DNA from: Methanothermococcus sp. Ax23
Lineage (GTDB): Archaea > AGJL01 > Methanococci > Methanococcales > Methanococcaceae
Direction of reading: 5' to 3'
Assembly: GCF_049075655.1 (NCBI RefSeq)
Contig: NZ_CP157522.1
Coordinates: 1,472,001 to 1,536,000 of the forward strand
DNA length: 64,000 nucleotides
The notes beneath the pieces are model-generated. The model worked only from the letters and a program-made list of their open reading frames with translations, was not told where the DNA came from and did not search any database. Numbering within the stretch: position 1 is the stretch's first letter; the number at the start of each line of letters is the position of its first letter. A program made the position numbers and the translations under genes. Of this stretch, positions 44,644 to 57,018 are shown in pieces.

Positions 44644-45850
44644 ATGGAACCTTTGCAGGGTTGTAGGATGATTGGTGCAATTAGGGCATTTAACGGAATA
44701 ATCGATGGATATTCAATTTTACACTCACCACCTGGATGTCATTCTGGTGTGATGATGTTGGAAGTTTTGCAGGATAACAGCGATTGGAGAATTGCAGTTT
44801 CTGGAATGCATCAAAGAGATTTGGTTTATGGTGCGGAGAATAAGTGTTTATTGGCAATAAAAAAGGTATATGACACATTTAAACCAAATTTTATTGTTGC
44901 AATGGATTGCTGTTCATCTGGTATTTTAGGAGAAGATTTAGAGAGTGTTGTTAATTTAGCAAAGGAAGAAATTGATAAAGATATAATCTATTTTAGCGGA
45001 GCAGGATACCACAGTTTGGCATATTCGGGTTATGATGAAGCATTAAAATCATTGATTCATTATGGAACAAAAAGAAACCATTCCGAACTCAATAAATTTG
45101 ATTGGTATAAAAATCGATGATTTTAAGGCTAGGGAAGATATTGAAGAGATAAGGAGGATTTGTAGTAATGCAGGAGTTAATATAAATTCTATTTTAACTT
45201 GCGATACATTTGATGCCATAAAGAATGCTCCAAATGCTGAATTAAATGTTGTTTTTGGAGATGGAATTAAATTGGCGGAAGTAATGAAAAAGAAATTTAA
45301 CATTCCTTATATCGTTGTTGATTATCCTTATGGCTTAAACGGGACATTGGAGTTTTTAAACTCGCTAAATGAGCATGTTAATGTTGATTTTGAATTTGTT
45401 GAAGAGGAGAAGAAGAGGATAATCAAAACTGTTGAAAAGGTTCAGTTTTATTTAAAGGGATTCTACGGCATGAGCTCAGCAGTAGTTGGGGACTATAAAG
45501 CATTTGGATTTGCCAAATTTTTGTCTGATGAGATTGGTTTTGATATTGATACCTTGGGCGTTTCAAAATTTTACAATATGGACAGCAAAATAAAGGAAAT
45601 TAATGATATTGTGGAAAATATTGTTATAGACGATAGAAAGGAATTAGAAGATAAAATTATGGAAAATAACATTGAAATACTATTTGGTTCCAGTTATGAA
45701 AAGAAAATAGCACAAAATAAAAACATATCATTAATAAGGTTTTCTTATCCTGTGGTTGATGAAATATCTTTAAGTAATACTCCGCTTGCTGGATTTAAGG
45801 GAGTTCCTACAATTATTGAAAGAATTATCAATGAAATCATAAAGGCGTAA
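44644..45850 (+). pseudogene. Nitrogenase component-1-like oxidoreductase subunit (NflD/K), frameshift near 45060
   Basis: PLQGC, HSPPGC, DCCSSGILGEDL; NAPNAELNVV, PYG; two overlapping ORFs. Confidence 0.8.
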
Positions 45851-45861
45851 TAGGTGGCAAT

Positions 45862-47264
45862 ATGCAATACAAAGAACAAAAAATAAGAATTTGCTCAAAC
45901 CTTCCACTTCATAGGCAAAGCGGTGTTCCTGGGAAGGTTTGTGGAGCTTTAAGGATTGCAAATCAAATAAAAGGGTGTATCCCAATACTCCATTCACCAG
46001 TAGGCTGTGCATTTCAAAGGAAGATAAACACCTTTGCACCTTATGAGATAACCTACAATCTACCTTGCACAAATTTAACAGAGGTTGATACCGTTTATGG
46101 CGGTCATGAGAAATTGGTAGAAAAGGTTTTGGAGGTTAATAAAAAATACCATCCAGAGCTCATATTAATTATATCGACATGTGCTCCAGATTTAATTGGA
46201 GAGGATTACGATATTACATTGGATGAAGTCAGGGATATGATAGATGCAAAGATTATATACGACACAGGGAATGCAAAGAGAGCTCCCGTTGGTATGCAGA
46301 GTGCATTATATTCATTAGCTACTCAGGTAATGGAAGAACAGGAAAAATTGAAAAGAGTTTAAATATTTGCAAACTTTCATACCATAGAACAGACTCAGTT
46401 GATGAATTTGTAGATATTTTAGAAGAAATGGGAGCTCATGTTAATGGAGTTTATTTCAATGACAATACTGTTGAAGATATAAAAAACATCACAAGAGCTG
46501 AGCTCAATTTGGTAGATTTTCCAGCAGATTGGGTTTTGTATGCGGAGAAGAAATTTGGAATGAAATACCTTATGCCACCAAGATTAAAAATAGAGGATTC
46601 ATTAACGACTTTAAATGGATTTGCCAAGTATTTGTATGCTATTGCAGAAGTTTTGGACTTAGATACGGATATAATTGAAAAAAGAAAAAAGGAAGCTGAT
46701 GAAAAACTTGAAAAATATAGGAATGAATTAAAAGGTAAAAAAATAGCAAGTGGATTTTCAGTTCATGGAGGGGCAATGCAAACATTAATTGAAGATGTAG
46801 GGATGGAATGCCCTGTTTTAATATTAAAAACTAGAAGAATGAATTTAATGATGAAAGATGATGCTGTTAAGCATATATCCAATTCAATGACAAGATTTAT
46901 TGAAAATCATCAGGGATATGCCCCAGAAGTATTGATAAATCCAACTACTGAGGAAGAAATAAAGGCAATGAAGGAGCACGGTATTGAATTGTGTGTAGGT
47001 GGAATGGAAAATAACATGTTTGAATATTTAAGAAATGGGATAAAATTATTCGATATGAGACGGATGATACAAATATCAAAAATGGGATTCAGCAATTCTG
47101 TAAATATAGCAAGAGAGACCTATAAAATCGTCTCCAAAGAACCAAAATCACACTTGCTATTGGGAAATATGGATTATTCAATGAAAAATCCAAGTTTATC
47201 AAACTACTGGGCAGATATTGTCGATATATTCCAAACATGCTGGTATTGTGAATGCAAGGACTAA
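45862..47264 (+). pseudogene. Second nitrogenase component-1-like subunit, frameshift near 46345
   Basis: HSPVGC, TNLTEVDTVYGG, STCAPDLIGED; continuation KIEKSLNIC...EMGAHVNG. Confidence 0.8.
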
Positions 47265-47322
47265 TTACTACATCCAATGAACTATATTTATGATTATATA
47301 ATAGCAATAATACGGTGATACT

Positions 47323-48194
47323 ATGAAACAAATAGCATTTTATGGAAAGGGAGGAATTGGAAAATCTACAACTGTATGTAATATAGCGGCGGCACTTGCT
47401 GATGAAGGAAAAAAGGTAATGGTAATAGGATGTGACCCAAAACATGACTGCACTTCAAATTTAAGAGGTGGGGAAGAGATACCTACGATATTGGATACAC
47501 TTAGAGAAAAAGGAATGGAAAAACTCAGTTTAGAGGATGCAATAGAGGGAAAAAAGATTGAAATGGACGAAATTATTCATGAGGGATATAATGGCATATA
47601 CTGCATTGAAGCAGGAGGGCCAAAGCCAGGATATGGATGTGCTGGAAGAGGAGTAATTGTAGCAATAGATTTGTTAAAGAAAATGGATATATATGAGGAA
47701 TTAGGCGTGGATATAGTCCTTTATGATGTTCTTGGGGATGTTGTTTGTGGAGGATTTGCCATGCCTTTAAGAATGGGATTGGCTAAGCAAATTTATGTTG
47801 TAACTTCCTCTGACTACATGGCAATGTATGCGGCAAATAATATATGCAGAGGTATGAAAGAATTTGCCAAAAAAGGAGGGAGTAGATTAGGAGGATTAAT
47901 TTACAATGTTAGGGGCTCATTAGATGCCTATGATTTAGTTGAAGAGATGGCCAATAAAATCGGAACTGAGATTCAGGCAAAATTCCAAATTCCATGCTGA
48001 TTGCTGAGGGTGAGATTGAAGGAAAAACTGTAATTGAATATGCCCCTGATAGTGAAATTTCTACAATATATAGAGAGCTCGCTAAGAAGATATACAACAA
48101 TGACACTGGCGTAATTCCAAATCCACTGGAAAATGAGGAAATAATGCAGATTGGGCAGGCAGTCAAGGAAAGGATTAAAAAAATGAGAAATTAA
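47323..48194 (+). pseudogene. nifH: NifH-like Fe protein (nifH2 type, group IV), frameshift near 47973
   Basis: [34 protein letters not shown]. Confidence 0.9.
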
Positions 48195-48230
48195 TATTTA
48201 TATTTATTTTATTTATTTTTTTATTATATT

Positions 48231-49521
48231 ATGGTTTATTTATATTTATTAAAAGGCATAAGGGCGATACCATTGGATATATTATCTTATTTAACCCAAA
48301 TAATTGTCTTATCATCAATTGGGATTATTATTGCAGGAATCATTGAGGAAACAAATCTATTGTCCATAATTAAAAAAATAACAAAACCATTATGTTTAGT
48401 CTCAAATTTACCTGAGGAGTGTGTAGTGGCACTATTGGGGAATTTCATAAATCCAACAGTTGGAAAATCCATGCTTGCCAAATTCTACAAAGAGAGTAAA
48501 ATAAACAGTAAAGAAACCATAGCTGCAACAATAATAAGTCCATTACCAATAATTTTAGGGGAGAGCATATTTAGGGTGCAACTACCACTTGCCATTGTCC
48601 TTCTTGGGTATAAATTAGGGACAATATATGTGCTTTTTAATATGTTTTCTGGATTTTTAATGGCTTCAATTGGAATTATATATTCGAATATCGCTTTTGA
48701 AAGAAAACCTTTAAACATCGATACTAACAACAACAATGAAAAAATTATATTCAATAGGGCAGTTATTACAAAAGGTGTTGGAAAATCTGTAGAGCTCCTA
48801 AAAAAAGTAATTCCTATGATTCTGACCTACTCCCACGATTAAAATCGTGGGGTTCATTAGTAGGGTTTAACCCTACATGGGTGGCCAAACCCACTACCCC
48901 TACCCATTAATGGGTTCAGGGCTACGCTATGCACTTTCAACCACCACCAGCGGTAGAGTTTTCACTAACCCTACCCATTAGAACTTGGACTGGTAGCGTT
49001 ACTTACTATTAATCTTCTCATATTTATATTTTACTACTAACTAATTATAATGTCCGCCTCTCATCCAATCTCGTAAGAGATTTTACAAAACCTTGTTTTG
49101 TATAACGATTAAAATCGTTGGCTTTCTCGGCGGTTTATCGTAATTTTTACATTACTAATATACTGCCTGATGACATTTGGTTTAACGGATATTATAAAAG
49201 AGATATTTACACCAATATTTGGCATATTGAATTTACCGGGAAGAAGCGGTAATGGTTTTAGTTGCAAATTTTGCCCATTTCTCCGCAGGATATGCCACTG
49301 TGGATATTTTGATAAAAAATGGGGTGCTAAATGAAAAACAAGCATTATTAACGCTGTTAATTGGAAATATAATTGGAGTAACTATGATATATTTAAAACA
49401 CTCCATAGGGACTTATGTGGCATTATTTGGTAGATTTGGTCTAAAATTAGCCATGATTAATTATACTATATCTATTATTATAAAAATTTTATTAATAAGT
49501 CTCATAATGTTAATATTCTAA
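48231..49521 (+). pseudogene. Nucleoside-recognition (gate) domain membrane protein, disrupted by a 318-bp IS derivative and a frameshift near 49240
   Basis: Removing 48822-49139 gives KKVIPMI-VIFTLLIY in frame; LPG/EAVMVLVANF requires loss of one base. Confidence 0.8.
48822..49139 (-). mobile_element. 318-bp non-autonomous IS200/IS605 derivative (copy 3)
   Basis: Same ends as copies 1 and 2; TTAC target at 49140-49143 (minus strand); no TSD. Confidence 0.92.
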
Positions 49522-49632
49522 AAATTAAAAATTAAAAAAGAATATAGCATATATAACCATATTTTACAGGGTATATGCATTTAAAAACTAAGAATAGAAT
49601 AAGGATAAATTAAAGTTAGATATAAAATATTT

Positions 49633-49860
49633 TTACATGCTAACTATTTTCTGTAAAATAGGGTCTGTGATTTCATCCTCAGATATTTCTTTAATTTCTT
49701 CAATTTTTACCATGGTTCTTTTTACATGGTGTTTGCTTCCAATGTCAGAATATATAAATTCCAAAGCATCCTCTTCTTTTAAAGCTTTGCATTCTTTTGT
49801 GAATACCATTGGTTCTTCTTTTCCCAATACTCTTCCTGTTATTCTGAATATTTTTGCCAT
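49633..49860 (-). CDS. rpl18a: 50S ribosomal protein L18Ae/LX
   Basis: FTKEC.A...YSDIGSKH.VKR. Confidence 0.93.
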   Translation of the reverse strand: MAKIFRITGRVLGKEEPMVFTKECKALKEEDALEFIYSDIGSKHHVKRTMVKIEEIKEISEDEITDPILQKIVSM

Positions 49861-49906
49861 TTTATCACCTTCTTGAATGTTATGTATATTATTTCTTCTC
49901 TCCTAT

Positions 49907-50599
49907 TTAATCTATTAAATCAAGACCTTCCTCTATTTTTAACATCTCAGGTCCCGTGGTATCTCCACCTATAACAGCACCTTTTGAGTTTGCTATAATG
50001 CAGGCACCTACTGATGTGATACCTTTGTTTGCAGTTCCTCTCTCTATGCAGTCTATTTTCAAGACATCTTTTATTAGTTCGATTTCATCATCTGTTGTAT
50101 TTGGATGAACTAAACAGCCTTTATTTGTGGCAACACCATTTGAACCTACTGTGGAAAGCCCTGCAATATCGCTAACTACGCTCTCAACATCGAGGATATC
50201 CTCAATAGTATTTCTAAATTTTTTTAGTTCTCTGGAAATTATACAGCCTTTATCGTTGGCCAATATTAAATTTCCAAATGCTGTGTTTTTGGCGCTTAAT
50301 TTTTTAACTATAATTTCTATGTCGTTTTCCTTTAAAAATTCGATGATTAATTCTCGTTCTTTATCCAACGTGAATGGTGGAAGAATAAGACCATTTGAGT
50401 TTGCTACACATAGCGAACCGATTAAAGAACTATTTCCAATGTTTAGATTTTTAACTGGAATATCCAATACATTACTACATCTGTCTAAGGATTTCTCCTC
50501 GATAAAATGAGGAAACAATCCAAACTTTTCTGTTGCAAGAGAAAGAACTCCAATCGTAGATATTCCAGAAAAGTATTCTTTTATTATCATAAATATCAC
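49907..50599 (-). CDS. eif6: Translation initiation factor 6 (aIF-6)
   Basis: [21 protein letters not shown]. Confidence 0.95.
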   Translation of the reverse strand: MIFMIIKEYFSGISTIGVLSLATEKFGLFPHFIEEKSLDRCSNVLDIPVKNLNIGNSSLIGSLCVANSNGLILPPFTLDKERELIIEFLKENDIEIIVKKLSAKNTAFGNLILANDKGCIISRELKKFRNTIEDILDVESVVSDIAGLSTVGSNGVATNKGCLVHPNTTDDEIELIKDVLKIDCIERGTANKGITSVGACIIANSKGAVIGGDTTGPEMLKIEEGLDLID

Positions 50600-50663
50600 A
50601 AAATATATAATATAACCTAAAATTAAAATTTTTTATAATGAAATAATTAAGATTTAATTTTAA

Positions 50664-50915
50664 TTATTCCACTAATGTAGCTTTTGCCACGCCTTCTTCT
50701 TTAACAACTTTAACTCTGATTCTTGCAGGGATTTTGTTTAAACTTCTTTCCCATATTTTTTCGTTGATGGAGTTGTCTAATTTTACAACTTCTGACTTTG
50801 TATGTCTTTTTAAGAACTCTCTAACTTTTCTTATAGCTCTCGGAGCTCTCTTTGTTGCTTTTGATTTATTTGTAATGTCTCTCAATGGTATTGTATATAT
50901 TCTTTCGTCTTCCAT
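50664..50915 (-). CDS. rpl31e: 50S ribosomal protein L31e
   Basis: [22 protein letters not shown]. Confidence 0.96.
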   Translation of the reverse strand: MEDERIYTIPLRDITNKSKATKRAPRAIRKVREFLKRHTKSEVVKLDNSINEKIWERSLNKIPARIRVKVVKEEGVAKATLVE

Positions 50916-50960
50916 AATTACACCTCAATAATATTAATCTCCAATATTAGTGTTTTAACC

Positions 50961-51010
50961 TTTCACCAACTTGTTGGTGAGTAATGAAACCATTTATGAT
51001 TTCATCTGAT
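50961..51010 (-). repeat. Double-hairpin mini-element (same subfamily as 33095-33142)
   Basis: Minus strand ATCAGATGAAATCATAAATGGTTTCATTACTCACCAACAAGTTGGTGAAA. Confidence 0.8.
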
Positions 51011-51194
51011 TTATAGTTTAACCTTATTTTAAATAAAATAACCATATAAAAAATAATATTTAAACATTATGGTTATAATATATTACAAATTATAGTTAAT
51101 TTAAAAGTATAGTTAATTTAAAAGAAATGTTATTATATTTTCTTATAGTTATGTATTCTTAATATATAAATTTAAGGAAAGTCATGGTGAAAAT

Positions 51195-52091
51195 ATGAAA
51201 ATGAACAGAACATTGAAAGCAGAAGTATTGATTGAAGCTCTACCCTATATATGTAAATTTCAAGACCAAAAAGTTGTAATTAAATATGGCGGTCATGCTA
51301 TGGTGAATGAAGATGCTAAAAATTGGATAGCAAAGGATGTAGTTCTTTTGAGATTTGTTGGTTTGAACCCTGTTGTAGTCCATGGCGGAGGTCCTGAAAT
51401 AAACAAAGCGATGGAAAAGATGGGAAAGGAACCAGAATTTATTCATGGTTTGAGAGTGACTGATGAGGAAACCCTCGATATTGTTAAGATGGTATTAGTC
51501 GGGAAAATAAACGGCGATATCGTATCAAAACTTGGAAAATATGGGGGAAAGGCGGTAGGTCTTTCTGGAAAATCTGGGCACTTAATTAAAGCGAGGAAAA
51601 AAATTCAGTATGTGGTAAAAGAGGATGAAAAAATAGAAGTTGATTTGGGTAGAGTTGGAGAAGTGGAAGAAATAAACACTGAATTAATTGATATATTACT
51701 TGAAAAAAGATATATTCCAGTAATATCTCCAATAGGTATCGACAATTACGGAAATGCATTTAATTTAAATGCAGATATTGCAGCAGGAGATATAGCTGGA
51801 GCAATTGATGCAAAAAAGTTAATAATGATTACCGATGTTGATGGTGTTATGGAGGATATAAACGACCCTTCCACACTGTATAAAAAACTTACAATTTCAG
51901 AAGTTGAGGAAATGATAGAAAAAGGAATAATTACAGGTGGTATGATACCAAAAATCGAAGCATGCATTAATGCACTAAATAAAGGAGTTGAAAGCGTTCA
52001 TATCATAAATGGAAAAATACCACATTCTGTGCTTTTAGAGGTATTTACCGAAGAAGGTATTGGAACTATGATTATTAAGGATGAAAAATAA
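51195..52091 (+). CDS. argB: Acetylglutamate kinase
   Basis: VIKYGG, VHGGGP, GLRVTD, NLNAD, GGMIPK. Confidence 0.96.
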   Translation: MKMNRTLKAEVLIEALPYICKFQDQKVVIKYGGHAMVNEDAKNWIAKDVVLLRFVGLNPVVVHGGGPEINKAMEKMGKEPEFIHGLRVTDEETLDIVKMVLVGKINGDIVSKLGKYGGKAVGLSGKSGHLIKARKKIQYVVKEDEKIEVDLGRVGEVEEINTELIDILLEKRYIPVISPIGIDNYGNAFNLNADIAAGDIAGAIDAKKLIMITDVDGVMEDINDPSTLYKKLTISEVEEMIEKGIITGGMIPKIEACINALNKGVESVHIINGKIPHSVLLEVFTEEGIGTMIIKDEK

Positions 52092-52194
52092 AAGAAGAAA
52101 AAACTAAAATAATAAAAATAAAACAAATTAAAGCAAACCTTGGTTCTCATCAAACAGATAAATATATAATTGTGATTATAGATTATCATAAAAA

Positions 52195-52297
52195 ATTAGA
52201 TGGACGTGATAACTGACGAAATGTTTCACATTTCGTTGCTTGACAAAAATCAAATGTTTTTGTGAATTTCGACGAAAACCTTTGGTTTTCATCTAAT
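52195..52297. repeat. Composite three-hairpin element bounded by ATTAGATG/CATCTAAT
   Basis: ACGAAATG..CATTTCGTTGCT; ACAAAAA..TTTTTGT; GACGAAAACC-TTT-GGTTTTCATCTAAT. Confidence 0.75.
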
Positions 52298-52521
52298 ACT
52301 CTTCACAACTGCTTACGACATTAAAGTGTTTTAGATGAAGTCGATTAAATTAAGTAAATATTTAATTTATGATAGGAATTACGCTATATTATCTTTTTTC
52401 TTTTTTGATTCCCATGTCATAGTATATGTGAATTACAAATAATTAATATTTGGCAACCTCTCTATTATATATATTAAATAAATATGTAGCCAATTAAATA
52501 ATTCTAAGAATGTGACGTACT

Positions 52522-55500
52522 ATGTCTGAAAAAATAACACGCGCTGAACTTTCAAAGTTACTCAAATATGATGAATTAGATTGGAAAGAAAAAAATGAGA
52601 TAGCTTTAATATTGGGTAATGTCCATGATGCTCGTGAAATCAAAAAAATAGAGGGATATATCTTAAAACTTGCTCAGGAAAAAAACTTAGTTATACGAAC
52701 AAATTTAATAAAATCCATACGTGAGCTTTTGAACAATAACATTATTGACGAGAAAATATTTATTTTACTTTATTACATGGCCAATTCATCTTGCGACATA
52801 GTATCTAAATTTGCGAAGGAATACATACATTCCATAAACACAAAAATATTAAGCATGCATGTCGCACAGCTATCGAAAAAATTGTATTCGTCAAATCCTT
52901 ATGAAATGATGTATGCCTTAATCTCCATTGGATTAATTTCCACAATTACGCCTAAATATGTGGAAAATATCCTTCCAGAGATTGTATATATATCCACCCA
53001 TCATGAAAACAAGATGGTGCAAGGTATAGCCCTTGAAATCCTTAATGAATTTAACATGTTTGATAAAGAGTATATGCTGGAATTCTTTTCTTTAATATTA
53101 AATATATACATACATAATGCCAAAATAGATGGTTCCACCACTCCTTTACCAAGTGATAGAAAAAAAATTCAAGAATATGTAGTATATTTATATTTTAAAA
53201 AAGACTTGTGCAGAGAATCTATTTTGAATATATTGGCGTTATTATCGGACCATGAAGATTTACTTATAAAATCACTATGCAGTATTACATTATATGCCCA
53301 TAGTGAAGCATTATTTAATGTATTAGAAAATAACAGCGAGTTAAGTGAGTATTTATTGGATAAATTAATAGATTTTATTAAAAATAACAATTGGATGATT
53401 AGAGTTTCTACCATGTTCTTATTTACAAAATTAATGCTTTATGATAAAATAAATATTAAAAAGGAGTATTGTTCGATATTTTTTAGAGAAGTTTTGTTTA
53501 ATTTTAATAACGGAGAATATCTCACAAAAGGATTTACTCTTGAAATGCTATCCATGCTGTTAAGAAATAAAAAATATGTAGATGAGGTATCTAAAATCAT
53601 AGAAAAAGTTGGCTTAAATAATATAATGAAGGAATGTCATTTATGCTATTATAACGGATTATATGTTGCGTGTGAATTAAATAAACATGAATATTTTTCA
53701 GCAAAGTGTTCTCCACACTTTAGAGATGATTTCCTTGAGGAATTTAATTTATTAACCTATAATAAATATATTAGTCTAATCAATTCCATAATAGTTTCTG
53801 TAAAAAGAAAGGTATGGTTGGGAGGTTGGTTAGATAGATATTATGCTGGAAAATATTTGGGAAATCTCATATATGTAAAACCCCATCATGCCAATAAAAT
53901 GATTGATATAATATATCAACTATTGGACGATGACAATTACATTGTAAGAGGAACTGGAATATGGATTTTAAGGCTTATAACTGAGATGGGAATCCCCCTG
54001 CCAAAAGACATCATATCAAAATCTATTGATTCATGTTATGATTGGCATTGCGGCAATAGATTTGAATATGCCTTATTCTATTACACATTAATAAAAAAGT
54101 TTCCCGATATAATTGTCAAAGATAAATTACTCCTTCAAAAATTCATATCTGTAATAGTTACAAAATACATTACAGATGAAAACCCCTATGTTAGACACAT
54201 GTGTATTACATCACTAAAAATTATAAAATTGGATGAATCAAACGAATTATGGGACTTAATTAGGTTGTTTAAGAATTACCATAAATTATCCATCTATAAA
54301 AGAATTAACTTACTTGAAAACGCCTGGAAAATGCTTAATCAGAGAAAACCCATAGTCATGTTTATTAAATCTATATTAAAACATAATATCGAACATGAAG
54401 AATACGACACTATTGAATCGGTTTTACTTAGGTTTGTAAATATAACCGATGAAGAATTAATGTATATAATACCAGAACTTGTCTTATTAAGGGGGAAATC
54501 AGAAGCTGCTGAAAGAATACTACACAACCTTGAACAGAAATACCCGGAGCTCCCCCATGATTTAGAGAAGTCTGAATTTCAAAATATTAACGAGCATATA
54601 TCAACGATTAGAATGAAAAAATTAGAGGAATTGTTAATATATGTTAATGAAGGCTATCTAATAAGTCATGACTTGCTAGATAAACTTAAAGAAATAATAA
54701 TTTATGAAGATTGTAAAATTAATGTGGATGTTATAATAGAGATTTTGAAGAATATGGGAAACGAGCCTGAAAGTAATAAGATAATTGAAGAAACATCTGA
54801 ATTAATGGAGTATTTAAAGGAAAATCTTATACATTCTAATGTATTGAATATAAAAGATTTAAAATATAGAGATTGGAAAGAGATATATGCGAAGTTGTCA
54901 AATACGCTGATAGATGGACTTTCCAATGTATTTAAAAACGATAGTATTGAGGATATTATAGAATCATTTATGTATATGTTAAACAATAAAGATTGTGTAA
55001 TTTTAAAAATAAGAATTGTAGATATATTACTTGAAAGTATATATACTAATGATGAGCTCCTAAAAAAATTATCATGTCATAAAAATACATTCCCAACGTT
55101 ATTGAGTTTATATTTACGTAAGGGATACCATCTTTTGTCAAAAAAAGCTTTAATTCTTCTCGAAGAACTATCGCTAAGTAATAGTTATTGGATGAAAAAT
55201 AATCTAATAGAATACTTTAAAAATAACCCGTCAAATTTTGAAAAAATATTATTCATTATGTCTGAAAACATTTCTACAAATGTGATGATAGAGATATTGG
55301 GATTTATTGAATACGTATTTAAAAACGAAATGGCAGTATGTCGATTAGATGATGCTGTGTATATCGTGAAAATACTGGAAAAAATTAATAATAACTACCC
55401 GTGGTTTTTATTTAAAAAAACCGTCGATGTTATATTATCCTGCCAGAGTATAAAAACAAACAGGAAGCTGGTTAAAAAAGTCGCTAAAAAGCTAATAGAG

Positions 55501-55674
55501 TATGCAAAAAATTCAAAAGACGAAATAAATAAAGAGTATGTGTCAATATATATGAAAAAATTGTTAGGCGTCCAAAATATAAATATAGAGGAGCTCGACG
55601 AAGAAGCTATTGAGAATATTATTGACATTAGTATAAAGAATAAGACAGCCAACAACAACAATCAAACAACTTAG
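52522..55674 (+). CDS. Large alpha-solenoid (HEAT/ARM-repeat-like) protein
   Basis: Repeated LLDDDNYIVR, DENPYVR and NNNWMIR HEAT-like turns over 1050 aa. Confidence 0.7.
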   Translation: MSEKITRAELSKLLKYDELDWKEKNEIALILGNVHDAREIKKIEGYILKLAQEKNLVIRTNLIKSIRELLNNNIIDEKIFILLYYMANSSCDIVSKFAKEYIHSINTKILSMHVAQLSKKLYSSNPYEMMYALISIGLISTITPKYVENILPEIVYISTHHENKMVQGIALEILNEFNMFDKEYMLEFFSLILNIYIHNAKIDGSTTPLPSDRKKIQEYVVYLYFKKDLCRESILNILALLSDHEDLLIKSLCSITLYAHSEALFNVLENNSELSEYLLDKLIDFIKNNNWMIRVSTMFLFTKLMLYDKINIKKEYCSIFFREVLFNFNNGEYLTKGFTLEMLSMLLRNKKYVDEVSKIIEKVGLNNIMKECHLCYYNGLYVACELNKHEYFSAKCSPHFRDDFLEEFNLLTYNKYISLINSIIVSVKRKVWLGGWLDRYYAGKYLGNLIYVKPHHANKMIDIIYQLLDDDNYIVRGTGIWILRLITEMGIPLPKDIISKSIDSCYDWHCGNRFEYALFYYTLIKKFPDIIVKDKLLLQKFISVIVTKYITDENPYVRHMCITSLKIIKLDESNELWDLIRLFKNYHKLSIYKRINLLENAWKMLNQRKPIVMFIKSILKHNIEHEEYDTIESVLLRFVNITDEELMYIIPELVLLRGKSEAAERILHNLEQKYPELPHDLEKSEFQNINEHISTIRMKKLEELLIYVNEGYLISHDLLDKLKEIIIYEDCKINVDVIIEILKNMGNEPESNKIIEETSELMEYLKENLIHSNVLNIKDLKYRDWKEIYAKLSNTLIDGLSNVFKNDSIEDIIESFMYMLNNKDCVILKIRIVDILLESIYTNDELLKKLSCHKNTFPTLLSLYLRKGYHLLSKKALILLEELSLSNSYWMKNNLIEYFKNNPSNFEKILFIMSENISTNVMIEILGFIEYVFKNEMAVCRLDDAVYIVKILEKINNNYPWFLFKKTVDVILSCQSIKTNRKLVKKVAKKLIEYAKNSKDEINKEYVSIYMKKLLGVQNINIEELDEEAIENIIDISIKNKTANNNNQTT

Positions 55675-55724
55675 TGATTCATGGATTTATTAAAAGACCT
55701 TTCTATATTATACTGCAATTAATA

Positions 55725-57008
55725 TCAGAGCCCCGTAAATATTTTCTTCAAGTCAATATTTACATTTTCAACATATTCCTTTTGATTTTGCCCGTTGTGT
55801 TTTAAATTTATGGTTCTTATAAATAAATGTTCTTCCTCATTAAAGGCGTATTCTTTATTAAATTCTTTTTCGTATTTTGGATATAGTAATACTCCCTTTT
55901 TACAGTCGTATTTTTTTAAATAGGCAAACATTTGGTAGGCGTCGCTTTGATTTATATTGTAATTTTTAGTTTTATCGTCAATGAGATTTTTATATTTTGT
56001 ATCAATTATTAAAAATGGCTTGTTGGTGTTATTGGAGCTATAAACTACAATATCGGGCTTTAATCTAAAAGTGTTATTATTGTTTTCATCGGTCAATAGG
56101 TAGAGCTCACTATGTTGTAAGTGTATTACACATTCATTATTAAAAATTTCATCATAATGTTTTTTTAAAATAGTTCCGACAAATTCTTCAAATAAATAAT
56201 CCATGTTAAAAATTAAGGAAAAGGTTTTCAAATCCTTTGAATTTAAATTTGTTGATTCATTTAAAATAAACATTTTTGCCATTTCTATGTATGGCTTAAA
56301 CCTCTCGTTCATTCTGTTGAATTTTACTTTTTTAAAATCGTTAATAGTAATGGTTTTATAATCAATATCACTTAAAACAAAGCTTAAATCACTTAAAAGC
56401 TTCTTATTTTTTGGATTGTTTGTTATGTTTTTTAGGAGCTCTACGGCGTATTTAAAAATTTTATTTATTAAATTATTTTCTGAAAATTCCGCATATTTGC
56501 AGTATAATTTATGTTTATTTATATAATTATGTTTTATTTGCTTTGTGGTGTGTAGTTTTCCTTTTAAATATGTTAAATTTTCCTCTTTTTTGTTGTAGTT
56601 TTTGTAAATTCCGTTTTCAATCTCCTTTAATAAATTTTTAGCAAAAAGGTATATATAAATTTCAAATAAATCATTGTTCTTTGATAAATTTGCAAAATTT
56701 TCCTTAATTTTCAATTTCTTTGTGTATGAAAGCATATATAAAAGGTTGGTAAGTGCTTCTTTTTGTTTTTGTTCTTCGTTTCTTTCGTTTTTGTAAATTT
56801 TAGGTAGAATTTGAATTGTTGTGTTGTTTATTTTCAGAGCTCCTACAAATTGTTTTGCTTTTATTGTTTTATGCCCATCTTTAAAAATTTTTAATTTTCT
56901 GTTTAGTTTTATAAGTTTTAGGATGTCTTTTTTAGACATTCCGCAGTGTTTCAACTCCCCAAATGTTTTCCTTTCATGCTCAAAAAAAGTAATAGTTTTA
57001 TTTTTCAT
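55725..57008 (-). CDS. mcrC: McrC-family restriction nuclease subunit
   Basis: IQILPKI, FNMDYLFEEFV, LKPDIV, IIDTKYK, DAYQMFAY. Confidence 0.9.
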   Translation of the reverse strand: MKNKTITFFEHERKTFGELKHCGMSKKDILKLIKLNRKLKIFKDGHKTIKAKQFVGALKINNTTIQILPKIYKNERNEEQKQKEALTNLLYMLSYTKKLKIKENFANLSKNNDLFEIYIYLFAKNLLKEIENGIYKNYNKKEENLTYLKGKLHTTKQIKHNYINKHKLYCKYAEFSENNLINKIFKYAVELLKNITNNPKNKKLLSDLSFVLSDIDYKTITINDFKKVKFNRMNERFKPYIEMAKMFILNESTNLNSKDLKTFSLIFNMDYLFEEFVGTILKKHYDEIFNNECVIHLQHSELYLLTDENNNNTFRLKPDIVVYSSNNTNKPFLIIDTKYKNLIDDKTKNYNINQSDAYQMFAYLKKYDCKKGVLLYPKYEKEFNKEYAFNEEEHLFIRTINLKHNGQNQKEYVENVNIDLKKIFTGL

Positions 57009-57018
57009 TTTACTCCCC

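Noticed and set aside
44644-48194. Functional nitrogenase, or systematic assembly indel errors
   Set aside because: No FeMo-co ligand motifs or nifEN/B/I genes seen; indels cluster here, are mostly outside long homopolymers, and flanking housekeeping genes are intact
50916-51194. rpl39e or a tRNA upstream of rpl31e
   Set aside because: No suitable ORF or cloverleaf; only the hairpin mini-element
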